The translations under genes were made by a program, and so were the position numbers. A DNA stretch of 64,000 nucleotides, taken from NCBI GenBank assembly GCA_048937405.1, contig JBHLNF010000005.1, positions 96,001-160,000 on the forward strand, given 5' to 3'. Numbering within the stretch: the stretch's first letter is position 1; every line of letters starts with the position of its first letter. Under the pieces are notes generated by a model. The model had not been told where the DNA came from. It was given only the letters and a program-made list of their open reading frames with translations, and searched no databases. This stretch comes from Promethearchaeota archaeon. GTDB lineage: Archaea > Asgardarchaeota > Lokiarchaeia > Sigyniarchaeales > SOKP01. Below are positions 10,201 to 19,899 of this stretch, piece by piece.

Positions 10201-10435
10201 ATCCTCTCATACGCTTATACTTTATTAAATAATCTTTTAAAACTTTATTCCAGGCGGTTCCTAGATGGATTGAACCTGTGGTATAGGGAGGGCCATCAAT
10301 AAACCTCCAAAGTTTTTTTCCTTCTTCTTTATTCTTTATCAATGAATAAATATTCTGTTCCTTCCAAAAATCCAATATTTTTTCTTCTATTGCTAATAAA
10401 TTCAATTTTTTATCTAAAATTTCCACAAAAACCAT
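7289..10435 (-). CDS. ileS: Isoleucine--tRNA ligase (archaeal/eukaryotic type)
   Basis: DGPPYTTGSIHLGT (HIGH), GYDTHGLPIE, IWTTTPWTL, GLVHTAPGHG editing motif, DWCISRQRFWG, EGKDQIRGWF, KMSKS. Confidence 0.97.
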   Translation of the reverse strand: MVFVEILDKKLNLLAIEEKILDFWKEQNIYSLIKNKEEGKKLWRFIDGPPYTTGSIHLGTAWNKVLKDYLIKYKRMRGFKVSDTPGYDTHGLPIEVQMEKELGIKNKQEIQEYGMDKFIKNCKEFALKNLAIMNDQFKRLGCFFWDWEKPYITFKNSYVEGIWWTLKKAWENKLLYQFYRPLNCCPRCATALAKHEHEYKNIKDTSLFLKIKSVDIDDTYFIIWTTTPWTLVANSAIMVNPIAEYAKVYIEDLKEFWILSKNSITHLISGQLGYKYKIVEDYIGEELEGKKYIHPLLEEVPYQLELAKQSEKVHSIILSEEYVSVSEGVGLVHTAPGHGPEDFEVGVANNIPIFNPVNIRGIYKKEAGKFEGQFVFDANQEILNLLEKKGTLILTSEIEHEYAHCWRCDSKLVYRATNQWFFKTESLIPKLLKENEEIYWIPDWAGNRWFKSWLNTLKDWCISRQRFWGIPLSVWICDNEKCGNITVIGSADELKEIAGECPEDLHRPWIDQVTWKCRDCNKGTKKRIPDILDVWLDSGSVMWAAQEIYDGKSHYDTWVPADFILEGKDQIRGWFNSLLNSAMVSSGRKNYNACYMHGWVLMEKAKMSKSKGTAINPEDLIDGNVIELKQNKSLSNIKGAETFRFYCLGVTQPGRDFNFNLKEYTDTYKILNTIWNVYVYANEKFNLGGFDPSKVKYDIKKISKLDNWIISRLNSTIKKITELSDEYQLPWITGEIRDFIVNDISRWYIMLNREKLDVYSEDPNKLQIMAVLYQILYKVVLLLAPINPMISEEIFLKMFKSNLKSIGFEETKSIHLQNWPVYDETMIHLDLEDQMHFTRELIEIIRAIKDENRIRLRWPNKKIIIETKKDMPKIEFPEIIKKVGNVKELEIVQSVKASENLIKAESKYFNVYLDKSVDDELLAERVINDLLRNIQFIRKKNGFKIEEKISLKIGTKSEYLKNFLELYKNIIIDKINIDNLEISYKDLSEEKGKIYGKLNICPNKKCSAALKDNVISKLKKKTDVKCPHCVSNLNENEIKVISFSFNKK

Positions 10436-11147
10436 CTAGCATAAATGTGAATGTTTAGTAAAGGAAGTTAAAATTAAAAAATTTAATTAATTCCTGTAAA
10501 AACTCATATATAGGTTCTTTTAATTTGAAAATCTTATAATATAGGGTTCTATCTTTAAATTGGGTATTTTATCATCTTAGAAAAACCTTAAAAATAATCC
10601 TTTTTAGATAAATTATAATTTTTTAAATTTTAATATTTTTTAAAAATAAAAACACTATTAAAAAATCTTTTTTATTTTGGACTTTTTTTATTTTAAATTA
10701 TACTTTTAGTTATAAAACCATATATTCGATATTAATTTCTACTATTTGATGACTTTGCATCAGTTCCAGAATATTTTTAATATTGGCCTCAGATCAAATA
10801 TTAAAAGAGTTATGTCTTAACAATTTTCATGCTTTTTCAGGATATATAATAACTCAAACTTCATCTTATTAACAATTTTATATTTATTAATTAATTTGCT
10901 TGAAAGTTATATTAAAGATTTGTTTATGGGTATTTTAGATTTTAAAATCAGATTAAATGATATATAAAGACTTACAGAAAACTCTTAAATTAACTTATTT
11001 TGATTCAACAGGTATTTTCATTCAATCGAATTAAAAATAGTTATTTTGTAATTTGGTTGGATTTTATTTTGCTACATATTAAAATTATGATATTTGTTTT
11101 CATATCTCAATAGATTGCTTAATAATAGGTAATTTTTAATACTTATT

Positions 11148-13109
11148 TTGATTAATTTTTCTAACATGACCATGGTTCTCTCACTTATTACTACATATCT
11201 TATTTTTATTTTATTTTCATTAATGATTTCATTATTGGGGGGAATATTCATATATATTTTCCAAAAGTATAATAGAAAGAGATGGAATTTAACATTACTT
11301 GAATATTTTTTTATTTCTTATGCTATTGGGATATTAACATATATTATCATAGCATATTTTCTTAATATAATTAAATGTTTTAATTTTTTCACAGCCTATT
11401 TACCCTTTCTAATAATTTCGATTGGATTTTTACTATATTTATATAGAAAGAAGAGGGTTCAGCATATTTCAATTCGAATTAGGCAATATATAAATTCCAA
11501 TTTTAAAAATATTATAATTTATATCATAATTTTATTTATCATTTATCTACTCCAATTTTTTGTGTTTTGGCCTGAAACTAATAAAAGCAATTCACTTTTT
11601 TCTAGAGATCCTTATTATTGGACTAGCCAGATTCTTTATCTTAATAAGAATGGTATAATAAACTACTCAGAAATCAGCTCAGACTATCCATGGGGTTTTA
11701 TTTTTTTTTGTGGAGGAAACTTACTAATTTCAAATAACTTCACTTCTACATACTATTTTATGAAATTTGCATGTTTTCCTTTTTTAAATTTCTATATTTT
11801 GGTAATGTTCTCAATTTCTAGAAGAATTTTTAAACAACATAGCTTAATTTTTTCCAGCTCACTTTTAGTTTTAACCCAAATTTTCTTTGTTTTCAGAACA
11901 ATGATGTTTATCTCATCATCTATATCGATTTTATTGATTTTGATTTCACTATTGATGATTCTAACAAAAGTTCCAAACTATTTTCTAAGTATAATTATAG
12001 CTGGGACTTTTTTATTCAACCCTGTTTATTCCTTCTTTTTCATATTAATTGTTTTGATTTTTTATTGTACAAAGTTCATATTTTCAAAGCTGGGAAAACC
12101 GTTAATATTAAAAGAAGCATTTATACTTGGAATTTTTTCAATAATATTTATTATTCCTTATATTATTAACGCATATTTCTTTTATGATTTGAATTTTGTT
12201 ATTTTATTCGAGAAATTCTCAAGTTCTCTCGAAATTAGTAATTTCAATGAATCTCTCACCATAAAAAACATTGCTCCGAGTTTAAGGTCTGTTTTATTTT
12301 TGTTAAGTTTATTCAATACCAGTATTATCAACAGTGAATTAATTCTTTATATTGTATTTATTTTAATTTTACCTAGTTTTGGTCTCGTCTTTTACAAAGG
12401 ATTTAAGGGTAGATGTTATAAAGATTTTCTTATTTTCGTAAAAGTCGGATTCTTATTAACAATATTTGTCTTATTGTCACCTTTATTTTTAAATAATATA
12501 ATGTTTTTTGAGAAATACTATATAAGAGTATTGGAAGCTTTTATTCCATTTTTAATAATTCTTTTTGGGATTTTTTGTGAATATGTTATTATAGAATCAA
12601 ATAAATTATGGCATTATATTAAGCTTAAGTATCGAAAAATTAAGTATTGGTCTGAAAAGAATGAATTTAATAGAAAAGTTTTGAATATCCCATTCATTAT
12701 GATGATCTTAACATTATTACCATCTTTCTTAGCCTATAATTATAGCAGAACTCATATAGTCACACACTATTATTATGATGATTCAATAGTTGATTGCGTA
12801 TTTTATATAAATAATAATATTGATGAAGAATCTAATGTTGCAGTATATTTTTATAATGATTCCTCTCTCCATCCAAGTGCAATATACTATTTACTAGATA
12901 ATTATAATTTATTTTATTATCAATTTGATACAAATTTAACCTTAGTTAACTTTTGGGATTTTCTTAATAATAATTCAATTACATTCTTCATTATTAATTT
13001 GAATTTATATAACCAAGATTTTATAGATGATTTTTTTTCAAATAGTTCTTTCAATAAATTAATAGGAAGCCAGAAAATCTCAGATTTTTCTTTATATGGT
13101 GTTATTTAA
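11148..13109 (+). CDS. Polytopic membrane protein, probable GT-C-fold glycosyltransferase
   Basis: Many hydrophobic segments; external-loop SRDPYYW...DYPWGF (acidic residue plus YP); soluble C-terminal domain; glycan-island context. Confidence 0.55.
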   Translation: MINFSNMTMVLSLITTYLIFILFSLMISLLGGIFIYIFQKYNRKRWNLTLLEYFFISYAIGILTYIIIAYFLNIIKCFNFFTAYLPFLIISIGFLLYLYRKKRVQHISIRIRQYINSNFKNIIIYIIILFIIYLLQFFVFWPETNKSNSLFSRDPYYWTSQILYLNKNGIINYSEISSDYPWGFIFFCGGNLLISNNFTSTYYFMKFACFPFLNFYILVMFSISRRIFKQHSLIFSSSLLVLTQIFFVFRTMMFISSSISILLILISLLMILTKVPNYFLSIIIAGTFLFNPVYSFFFILIVLIFYCTKFIFSKLGKPLILKEAFILGIFSIIFIIPYIINAYFFYDLNFVILFEKFSSSLEISNFNESLTIKNIAPSLRSVLFLLSLFNTSIINSELILYIVFILILPSFGLVFYKGFKGRCYKDFLIFVKVGFLLTIFVLLSPLFLNNIMFFEKYYIRVLEAFIPFLIILFGIFCEYVIIESNKLWHYIKLKYRKIKYWSEKNEFNRKVLNIPFIMMILTLLPSFLAYNYSRTHIVTHYYYDDSIVDCVFYINNNIDEESNVAVYFYNDSSLHPSAIYYLLDNYNLFYYQFDTNLTLVNFWDFLNNNSITFFIINLNLYNQDFIDDFFSNSSFNKLIGSQKISDFSLYGVI

Positions 13110-13396
13110 TAAAACCAATTTTAAAATTAGTAATGATACTAAATAAAATTGTGAAACAATAAGACTTTTTCACATAATAATCACTCATTTTATCCTTAAA
13201 TTGTCTAATAAATATTATGTAGATTACTCCTCTTACATATGGCAAGATATTGTTTGATTTCATCCTATAATAAAATATAATGATTTGAATTCTATGATTT
13301 GAAATCTTGATATCTTGTGTTTTATATGGAAAACTTACAATTTTAACCCTTTTTGTAAATTGTATTAATTTAGTTATTCTTTATTTTGATTCAAAA

Positions 13397-15079
13397 TCAC
13401 CTTAAACAGAAGCCACATTTACCAAATGACTTAATAGTTTGCTCCCAACAGTGATTATGATATGCTCTGTTACAATGTGGGCATTCCGCATGACAATTTT
13501 CTTCACCAGCAATTTTTCTAGAACAGATTGGACATTCTATTTTATGACAAATTACACACGATATAACTGAAACTTCAAAAATTTTCTTAGATATTAAATT
13601 GAATAAATCTACAAGATAACTAAACGGTGTCCATTCATTAAAAAAGTCATTAAAAGAAGCATGCAAATCACTTTTAATTTTTTCATGTGCTTCAAGCTCG
13701 AATTCATTTATCACCTTTACCTCGGGCATTTTCATAGGGTAATCGAGTGGTAATTTAATTTGAAATTCAAACATAAGATCTTCAGTTTTCATTTTCCCTT
13801 TCATTTCTAAGTATAAAGTTGCTGTAGAGGATTCATATTTTATATTTTTATAATGATCTTTTAATAAATCAATTTCAAAATTAATCCTTGAATTTTTGTC
13901 AACTAACCAAGATATTTCTCTTATAATTTCAACAGGCTCTGAATAATTTTCTTTCCAATTCTTATAAGCTTTTAATTCGTTTATGGGGATCAAAATAATA
14001 TCTTGCAATTCAGAGGATAATTTAAGATTAGGTAATTTTGGATAAGTATTTAAATCAATTGCCAGCGTGTATTCCTTGAATCCATATGTTAACAAATGAA
14101 CTTTTAATGAGGATAAACGTTCCGAGACATTTTCACATCTATATTCTCCAGATATTTTCTTTAACTGTAGTTCAATATCTTTTATAAAAAATAGTTTTTT
14201 CTCCAATTCATGTAAAATATCTATTATGTGCAGAGGACTTTTAGCATTCCAATTAATTAAAGCATCTAATGTTATATTAGGTTCTCCAAAAATATTCTCA
14301 AGTTCTTTAGGAAAAGTTATAATTGGCTTTTTCGGATAATTCATAAAATCAATTGAAATTATAAAAGTTTTTGAGAGAGTAATTGTAATATACACATTGA
14401 CAACAGCTTCTTTGATACTTGGCTGGTCATAGGTGTATTCTTGTTGAATTAAACCTAATTCAGTATTGATAATTACACTTATTTGTTCACTTCCTTCTAT
14501 AATAGATTCTTGAATTGGCATAATAGATTCCTTATTAGAATTTTTAATATAGGATGTATTTATTTCTTCTGATTTATTATCATATGGCTTTTCATTATAA
14601 AAGGGATTATCTGGAGTGTCTGTTGAAGGAAGATAGTCCTCATCTTGAAAATCTGGGGGGTAGATATTTAAATCGGGAGTAATATATTCTTCATTTTCAA
14701 AAGAACTATCGATGCTTTCTTGGTCGTCTACAGAAATCAATGATTTTTCGAACATATCCTTTGGTTGTGTTAAATTATCTTTGATTTTTCTTTTAAGCTC
14801 ATGAATAATATCTACCACATTAGATTCTGGTGTCCAGTTAATAAGATTATTTAACTGAAAAGATCCTAATAATTCTTCAATCGCATTATGATATCTAATT
14901 TGAGGAGGTGTGTTTGGAAAATTTTCGTCAAATTCTATTTCTAATTCATATTTTTTATCTCCAGATTCATATACATAGCCATATAGATGAGCTATATTTC
15001 CCGAAACCATCCAAAATGAAAAATATTTTGCAATTCGCTGAGCTTCTTTTAAAATTCTCTGTTTATCCATGGTGATCAT
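13397..15079 (-). CDS. Protein with four UEV/RWD (inactive E2-like) repeats and a C-terminal C4HC3 RING; putative E3 ubiquitin ligase
   Basis: Four repeats of (F/Y)Pxx(x)P followed by W...(D/E)xxxx(L/I): NFPNTPP/NWTPESNVVDII, NYPKKP/NWNAKSPLHIIDIL, TYPKLP/NWKENYSEPVEII, DYPMKMP/EWTPFSYLVDLF. C-terminus is CVIC..CPIC..CPHCNRAYHNHCW..FGKCGFC. Confidence 0.8.
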   Translation of the reverse strand: MITMDKQRILKEAQRIAKYFSFWMVSGNIAHLYGYVYESGDKKYELEIEFDENFPNTPPQIRYHNAIEELLGSFQLNNLINWTPESNVVDIIHELKRKIKDNLTQPKDMFEKSLISVDDQESIDSSFENEEYITPDLNIYPPDFQDEDYLPSTDTPDNPFYNEKPYDNKSEEINTSYIKNSNKESIMPIQESIIEGSEQISVIINTELGLIQQEYTYDQPSIKEAVVNVYITITLSKTFIISIDFMNYPKKPIITFPKELENIFGEPNITLDALINWNAKSPLHIIDILHELEKKLFFIKDIELQLKKISGEYRCENVSERLSSLKVHLLTYGFKEYTLAIDLNTYPKLPNLKLSSELQDIILIPINELKAYKNWKENYSEPVEIIREISWLVDKNSRINFEIDLLKDHYKNIKYESSTATLYLEMKGKMKTEDLMFEFQIKLPLDYPMKMPEVKVINEFELEAHEKIKSDLHASFNDFFNEWTPFSYLVDLFNLISKKIFEVSVISCVICHKIECPICSRKIAGEENCHAECPHCNRAYHNHCWEQTIKSFGKCGFCLR

Positions 15080-15419
15080 ATTGAAAAATTCTTTTGTTTC
15101 TTTCTATTATAAAAGATAGACTTTTTTCTTAAAAATATTTACAAAATTTCCTAAATATAATATAACATAAAGTTAGGATTAATATTTGCTTCGAATGTAA
15201 AAATAAGACAAAAAAAAAATTATAAAAAATGTTAAATGAATTTTTTTCTCTATTCTAAAAATCAATTTAGCTAAGCTTATAAGGTTTTTTTAATAATAAT
15301 GGGAAAATCTATTAATTCCTTTTACGAATATTTAATTTTCAATTTATTTTTATTTTATTTATCTTATTAGAAATTTTTAAAAAAAAATTTTGTAGAATAA
15401 AACTTCCAAAGTGATTTAA

Positions 15420-16430
15420 GTTCTAGATCCTGTAATATCAATCATATTTCCATTATACAATGGAGCTAAATTTCTTAAAAAAAATCTCGATTCTATAAAA
15501 TTATTGAAGAATTTGAATGAAATTGAGCTTGTTATAGTTGATAATAAGTCAAAAGATTCAAGTATTGATATTATCGAATCTTATGAAAAAGAGATTAATA
15601 TCAAATTAATTAAAAATGATATTAATAAAGGTTTTGCTGAAGCGTGTAATACTGCTGCAAAGATTTCTAAAGGTAAATACATTTTTATTACAAATCAGGA
15701 TGTAATTTTTCCTTCAGATATTTTTATAAGATTAAAAAAAATTTATAATAATTTAAAAAATGATCTTGAAATTGTTATTTCTCCAGCATTAATTTTTGAA
15801 AATGGTACAATTCATTATTTTGGAGCAAAAATTCATTTTCTTGGATTCTCCTATACTCCAGAATTAGGAGAAAAATTACCTAAAAAAAGAATTATAAAAA
15901 AAACAGAACGATTCTCAGGGGGTGGTTCATTTATGAAAAAAGATTTTTTTTTAGAAATGGGGGGATTTGATGAATCTTTTTTTATGTATTATGAAGATAC
16001 AGATTTATCACTGAAAATGTTAAGAATTGGACATAAAATATATACTACAAATGATACATTTTTAATTCATCAAAAAAATTATCAGACTTTAAATGATAGT
16101 CAATATTTTTTCCTTGAACGAAACCGATTTATTGTATTAGTAAAAAATTTTGATAATATTCGAAAATTGATACCATTCATCATTATTATTGAAATAATCC
16201 TATTATTTCATTCGATTTTAATTAGAAAATTTAAATTAAGGATTAAAATTTATATTGATATACTTTCAAAAATTAAATATTTAGAAAATTTAAGGGAAAG
16301 ATCCAAAAAAGAAAGTTCACTTCTTTCATATAAAAATTTGTCAAAAAAATTAGATCCTATCCTACTTTGGAAACTACGGAATGTAAATGGTTTGAGGAGA
16401 TTATTAAAAATATTGAATATAATTCTTTAA
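15420..16430 (+). CDS. Glycosyltransferase family 2
   Basis: VDNKSKD, NKGFAEACN, NQD, GGFDESFFMYYEDTDLS. The frame extends upstream of the track start (15504) to include ISIIFPLYNGAKFL; exact start uncertain. Confidence 0.9.
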   Translation, partial: VLDPVISIIFPLYNGAKFLKKNLDSIKLLKNLNEIELVIVDNKSKDSSIDIIESYEKEINIKLIKNDINKGFAEACNTAAKISKGKYIFITNQDVIFPSDIFIRLKKIYNNLKNDLEIVISPALIFENGTIHYFGAKIHFLGFSYTPELGEKLPKKRIIKKTERFSGGGSFMKKDFFLEMGGFDESFFMYYEDTDLSLKMLRIGHKIYTTNDTFLIHQKNYQTLNDSQYFFLERNRFIVLVKNFDNIRKLIPFIIIIEIILLFHSILIRKFKLRIKIYIDILSKIKYLENLRERSKKESSLLSYKNLSKKLDPILLWKLRNVNGLRRLLKILNIIL

Positions 16431-16444
16431 AAATTTATGATAAA

Positions 16445-17320
16445 ATGATAAATGAAAAATTAAGAAGATTAATTGATATACTGTTAACGCAATTTTTTAA
16501 AAATATAACTTCTAAATCAGCTGGAAGTTTACTTTTTTATCATATTGTTCTAAGAGGAGGATATGGTATAAACAAATTTTTTTCGTTAAGTGGAGAAAAT
16601 CTCAAACTTTTAGTAAAAAACACCACAAATACGCTAGCATTAAGAGAACTTAACAGATTAATTCGTAAAGCAAAAAATCTAGAAGATATGGTTGATCTTG
16701 GCTTGTCGTTTTACTTTATTCTTCCGGATATCCCCTCTTCATTATTTTATAAAATTCATATAGTTAGTTTTCAGAATAGATTTGAATTGATTGAGTTTTT
16801 AAAATTAATCAAATCAATTAAACCAAAAATAATTCTTGATATAGGAACAGGGATGGGAGGAACACTTTTTTTGTTATCAAGATTTTCAGATCCTGATGCG
16901 CTATTAATATCCGTGGATTTACCAGAAATATCTATAGGAGGACGAAGTTTTCCAAACAATCCTTCCTTTTTTAAAATTTTTGCAAAAAAAAAACAAAAAG
17001 TTGTATTGATAAGGGAGGATTCTCATAAGTTTTCTACATTCAATAGAATTAAAAAAGTATTAAATAATAGAAAAATTGATGTTCTATTTATCGATGGAGA
17101 TCATAGGTATGAAGGATTAAAGCAAGATTTTGAAATGTATAAAACGTTAGTCAAATCTGGTGGATTGGTATGTTTTCATGATATTGTCTCTGGACAATAT
17201 AAAAACGTTGGTGATGTACCACATTTCTGGGATAATATTCGAAAAGAATTTAACTTTAAGGAGATAGTTGAAAACTGGAATCAAGGAGGATTCGGTATTG
17301 GAATTCTCTTCATTGAATAA
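16445..17320 (+). CDS. Class I SAM-dependent methyltransferase (Methyltransf_24-like, probable sugar O-methyltransferase)
   Basis: ILDIGTGMGGT, ISVDLP, EDSH, VLFIDGDHRYEG...GGLVCFHDI. Start placed at ATG 16445 to avoid a long overlap with the upstream GT2. Confidence 0.85.
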   Translation: MINEKLRRLIDILLTQFFKNITSKSAGSLLFYHIVLRGGYGINKFFSLSGENLKLLVKNTTNTLALRELNRLIRKAKNLEDMVDLGLSFYFILPDIPSSLFYKIHIVSFQNRFELIEFLKLIKSIKPKIILDIGTGMGGTLFLLSRFSDPDALLISVDLPEISIGGRSFPNNPSFFKIFAKKKQKVVLIREDSHKFSTFNRIKKVLNNRKIDVLFIDGDHRYEGLKQDFEMYKTLVKSGGLVCFHDIVSGQYKNVGDVPHFWDNIRKEFNFKEIVENWNQGGFGIGILFIE

Positions 17321-17556
17321 TTGTTAGTTTCTTAATTTTAATAGTGAAAATCTAAAGGGTTTAACGAAAAACGAACAAAAAGGAGGTAAATTTATACTGC
17401 AAAGTTAAGTTTTCCAAGTTATAAATTCCTTTGAAGAAGATATTTAAAAGTCAAAAAAATTTCTGAAAACCTAACACGAAATATTTAATACCTTTTTTCT
17501 CGTTATAAGCTTTTTAATTACTGGATTTATCAAATTCCAAAATATAAAGATTAGGC

Positions 17557-18540
17557 TCAAAAAGTCTGGATCTTTTTTTTAATATAATAAAAATCTGAAA
17601 TGATATATTTCACACATGATCGATTTGTTCTTCTCTTAATACCTATTCTAAATCCTTGCCAAATAGAATTAAGCCTTATAATAATAGATTTAAACTTTCC
17701 TGTAATGAAATTTAAAAGAATTATTGTTAAATTCATTACAGAGAAAATGTAATAAAAAAATAAAATATCAATGAATTTTGCATGTTTCCAAACAAGTATT
17801 TGGGAATTTCTAGTAAAGAGGTGATTATTAAAAATCATTCTTTTCTCATTAATAATTCGTGGAATATTATGATATATAATTGTTGTCGGAACATAATATG
17901 ATTTATATCCCTTCTTCTGAGCTCGTAAATTCCAATCTGGATCTTCATGATACATAAAAAAGATTTCATCCATTAAACCAATTTCATCTAATACTTTTTT
18001 ATTTATAAAGACAGCTGTACCAGGAGCAAACCCTATAGTTTCGATCCTATTGTATTTTTTGTTATATGGATCGTATTCTAGATAACCCCGATTTCCCACA
18101 ACAATAGCTGATCTAAAGTTAAGAAATGCACCTGTATTCCATAAAATCTTTTTGTTTTTATAAATTTTAATCTTAGGAGTAATCATTCCCGCGTTTGGAT
18201 GAGTTTCTAAAAATTTTACCATTTTTTCAATAAAATCAGAACTAACAATTGTATCATAATTTAATAAACATATATAATCTCCATTACTCAATTTTATAGC
18301 TTTATTACTACCGCTAACAAAATATAAATTAATATTACTTCTTATTAAATTAATTTTGAGGTTATTTTCGAATTTTTCCAGTTTATTCTTGAGATCTAAA
18401 TATAAATTATATTTAGAACCATTATCTAAAATAACTATCTCAAAATTTTTGTAGGTTTGATTCTTTAGTGACTTTAAACAATCTATTGTATGACTATATT
18501 GATTATAATTTAAAATTATTACTGATACTAATTTTTTCAT
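17557..18540 (-). CDS. Glycosyltransferase family 2 (paralog of 18638-19624)
   Basis: VSVIILNYN, ILDNGS, LLNYD, GLMDEIFFMYHEDPDWNLRA. Confidence 0.92.
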   Translation of the reverse strand: MKKLVSVIILNYNQYSHTIDCLKSLKNQTYKNFEIVILDNGSKYNLYLDLKNKLEKFENNLKINLIRSNINLYFVSGSNKAIKLSNGDYICLLNYDTIVSSDFIEKMVKFLETHPNAGMITPKIKIYKNKKILWNTGAFLNFRSAIVVGNRGYLEYDPYNKKYNRIETIGFAPGTAVFINKKVLDEIGLMDEIFFMYHEDPDWNLRAQKKGYKSYYVPTTIIYHNIPRIINEKRMIFNNHLFTRNSQILVWKHAKFIDILFFYYIFSVMNLTIILLNFITGKFKSIIIRLNSIWQGFRIGIKRRTNRSCVKYIISDFYYIKKKIQTF

Positions 18541-18637
18541 GAAAATATCTTTTTATTATATTTATGATTATTTTTCAATTCTGTAATTTGTGAATATTCA
18601 TTAATATTATTTATCAAATTTTTATTATCTTTATAGA

Positions 18638-19624
18638 TTATAGTTTTTGAAGGTTTTGAGCATAATGATAATCGTTAAGAAGATATTTTTCACAAGATCT
18701 ATTAGTTCTTCTTTTAATACCTATTCTAAATCCATGGTATATTGAATTAAATTGAACTAAATGGATTTTTTTCTTTCTTCTGATAAAATAATAAAAAGTG
18801 TCAATAATATTCATATAGAAATACAAGAAATAAAAAATTAAAATAACTCTTAATTTTGCATACTTCCAGATTAGTATTTGAGAATTTCTTTTAAAAAAGT
18901 AATATGTAAATAAAGAACCTCTTTTTTTAACATCAAGAGGAACATTATGATAAACTGTTGTTGTTGGAACGTAAAAACTTTTATATCCTTTCATTTGAGC
19001 TCTTAAATTCCAATCTGGATCTTCATGATACATCATAAAAATCTCATCGATTAGTCCAATATCATTAATTATCTTCTTTCTTAGAAACAGAGCTGTGCCC
19101 GGAGCAAAATCTATTTGCTCAATCTTATTATATTTTTTATTACTTGGGTCATATTCTAAAAATCCACGATTATTCACTATTTGAGTAGATTTAAAATTAA
19201 TAAACGCCCCAGCATTCCATATAAATCGTTTATCTTCATAAAATTTAATTTTAGGTGTAATAAAACCAACATTAGGATTATTTTTTAAAAATTCTACCAT
19301 TTTTTCTATAAAATCTGCTTCTGCAATAATATCATTATTTAATAAACAGATGTATTTTCCATTTGACAATCTTATAGCTTTATTATTCCCTGCCCCGAAA
19401 TATAAGTTCTTATTGTTCCTAATTAAATTTATATTTAATAAATGTTTAAACTGATTCAATTCCTCTTTCAATTTTAGAAATAAACTATAATTCGAACCAT
19501 TATCAACAAGTAAAACTTCAAAATTTCTATAAGTTTGATTTTTTAATGATTCCAAACAATTAATTGTAAATATATTATTATTAAAATTCACTATTATTAC
19601 AGAGACTAATTCTTCCATAAGCAA
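18638..19624 (-). CDS. Glycosyltransferase family 2 (paralog of 17557-18540)
   Basis: VSVIIVNFN, LVDNGS, FGAGNN, LLNND, DEIFMMYHEDPDWNLRA. Confidence 0.92.
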   Translation of the reverse strand: MLMEELVSVIIVNFNNNIFTINCLESLKNQTYRNFEVLLVDNGSNYSLFLKLKEELNQFKHLLNINLIRNNKNLYFGAGNNKAIRLSNGKYICLLNNDIIAEADFIEKMVEFLKNNPNVGFITPKIKFYEDKRFIWNAGAFINFKSTQIVNNRGFLEYDPSNKKYNKIEQIDFAPGTALFLRKKIINDIGLIDEIFMMYHEDPDWNLRAQMKGYKSFYVPTTTVYHNVPLDVKKRGSLFTYYFFKRNSQILIWKYAKLRVILIFYFLYFYMNIIDTFYYFIRRKKKIHLVQFNSIYHGFRIGIKRRTNRSCEKYLLNDYHYAQNLQKL

Positions 19625-19899
19625 ATTTAATAGTAAATAAGATGTTAGTTGAGTTTGAAAGAGTATGAAAAAACTTAAATTTTTCCGGATTTAGTGAATT
19701 TCAATATCAAGTCACTAAAGAGCAGTTTTTAATAAAATTAGGAATTAAAATTAACCTTAAATTGACATCTGTAGAACATTATTCAATTTTAATAAATCGA
19801 TTCATATTATTATTAATTTCGAAGAATGAATAATTTTTTTAAAAAAGATAAATTAGATTAAAAAATAAATTTTAAGAGTTTATGTGTTGAGTTTAAGAG

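Noticed and set aside
10436-11147. 700-bp AT-rich intergenic region with a 10-bp inverted repeat (TTTTAATATT...AATATTAAAA near 10776-10806) and a TGATGA
   Set aside because: Such matches are expected by chance in AT-rich DNA; I found no matching D box, tRNA fold or ORF.
13380-13399. TGA right after the RING domain as possible selenocysteine
   Set aside because: A second TGA follows one codon later and the RING is already complete.
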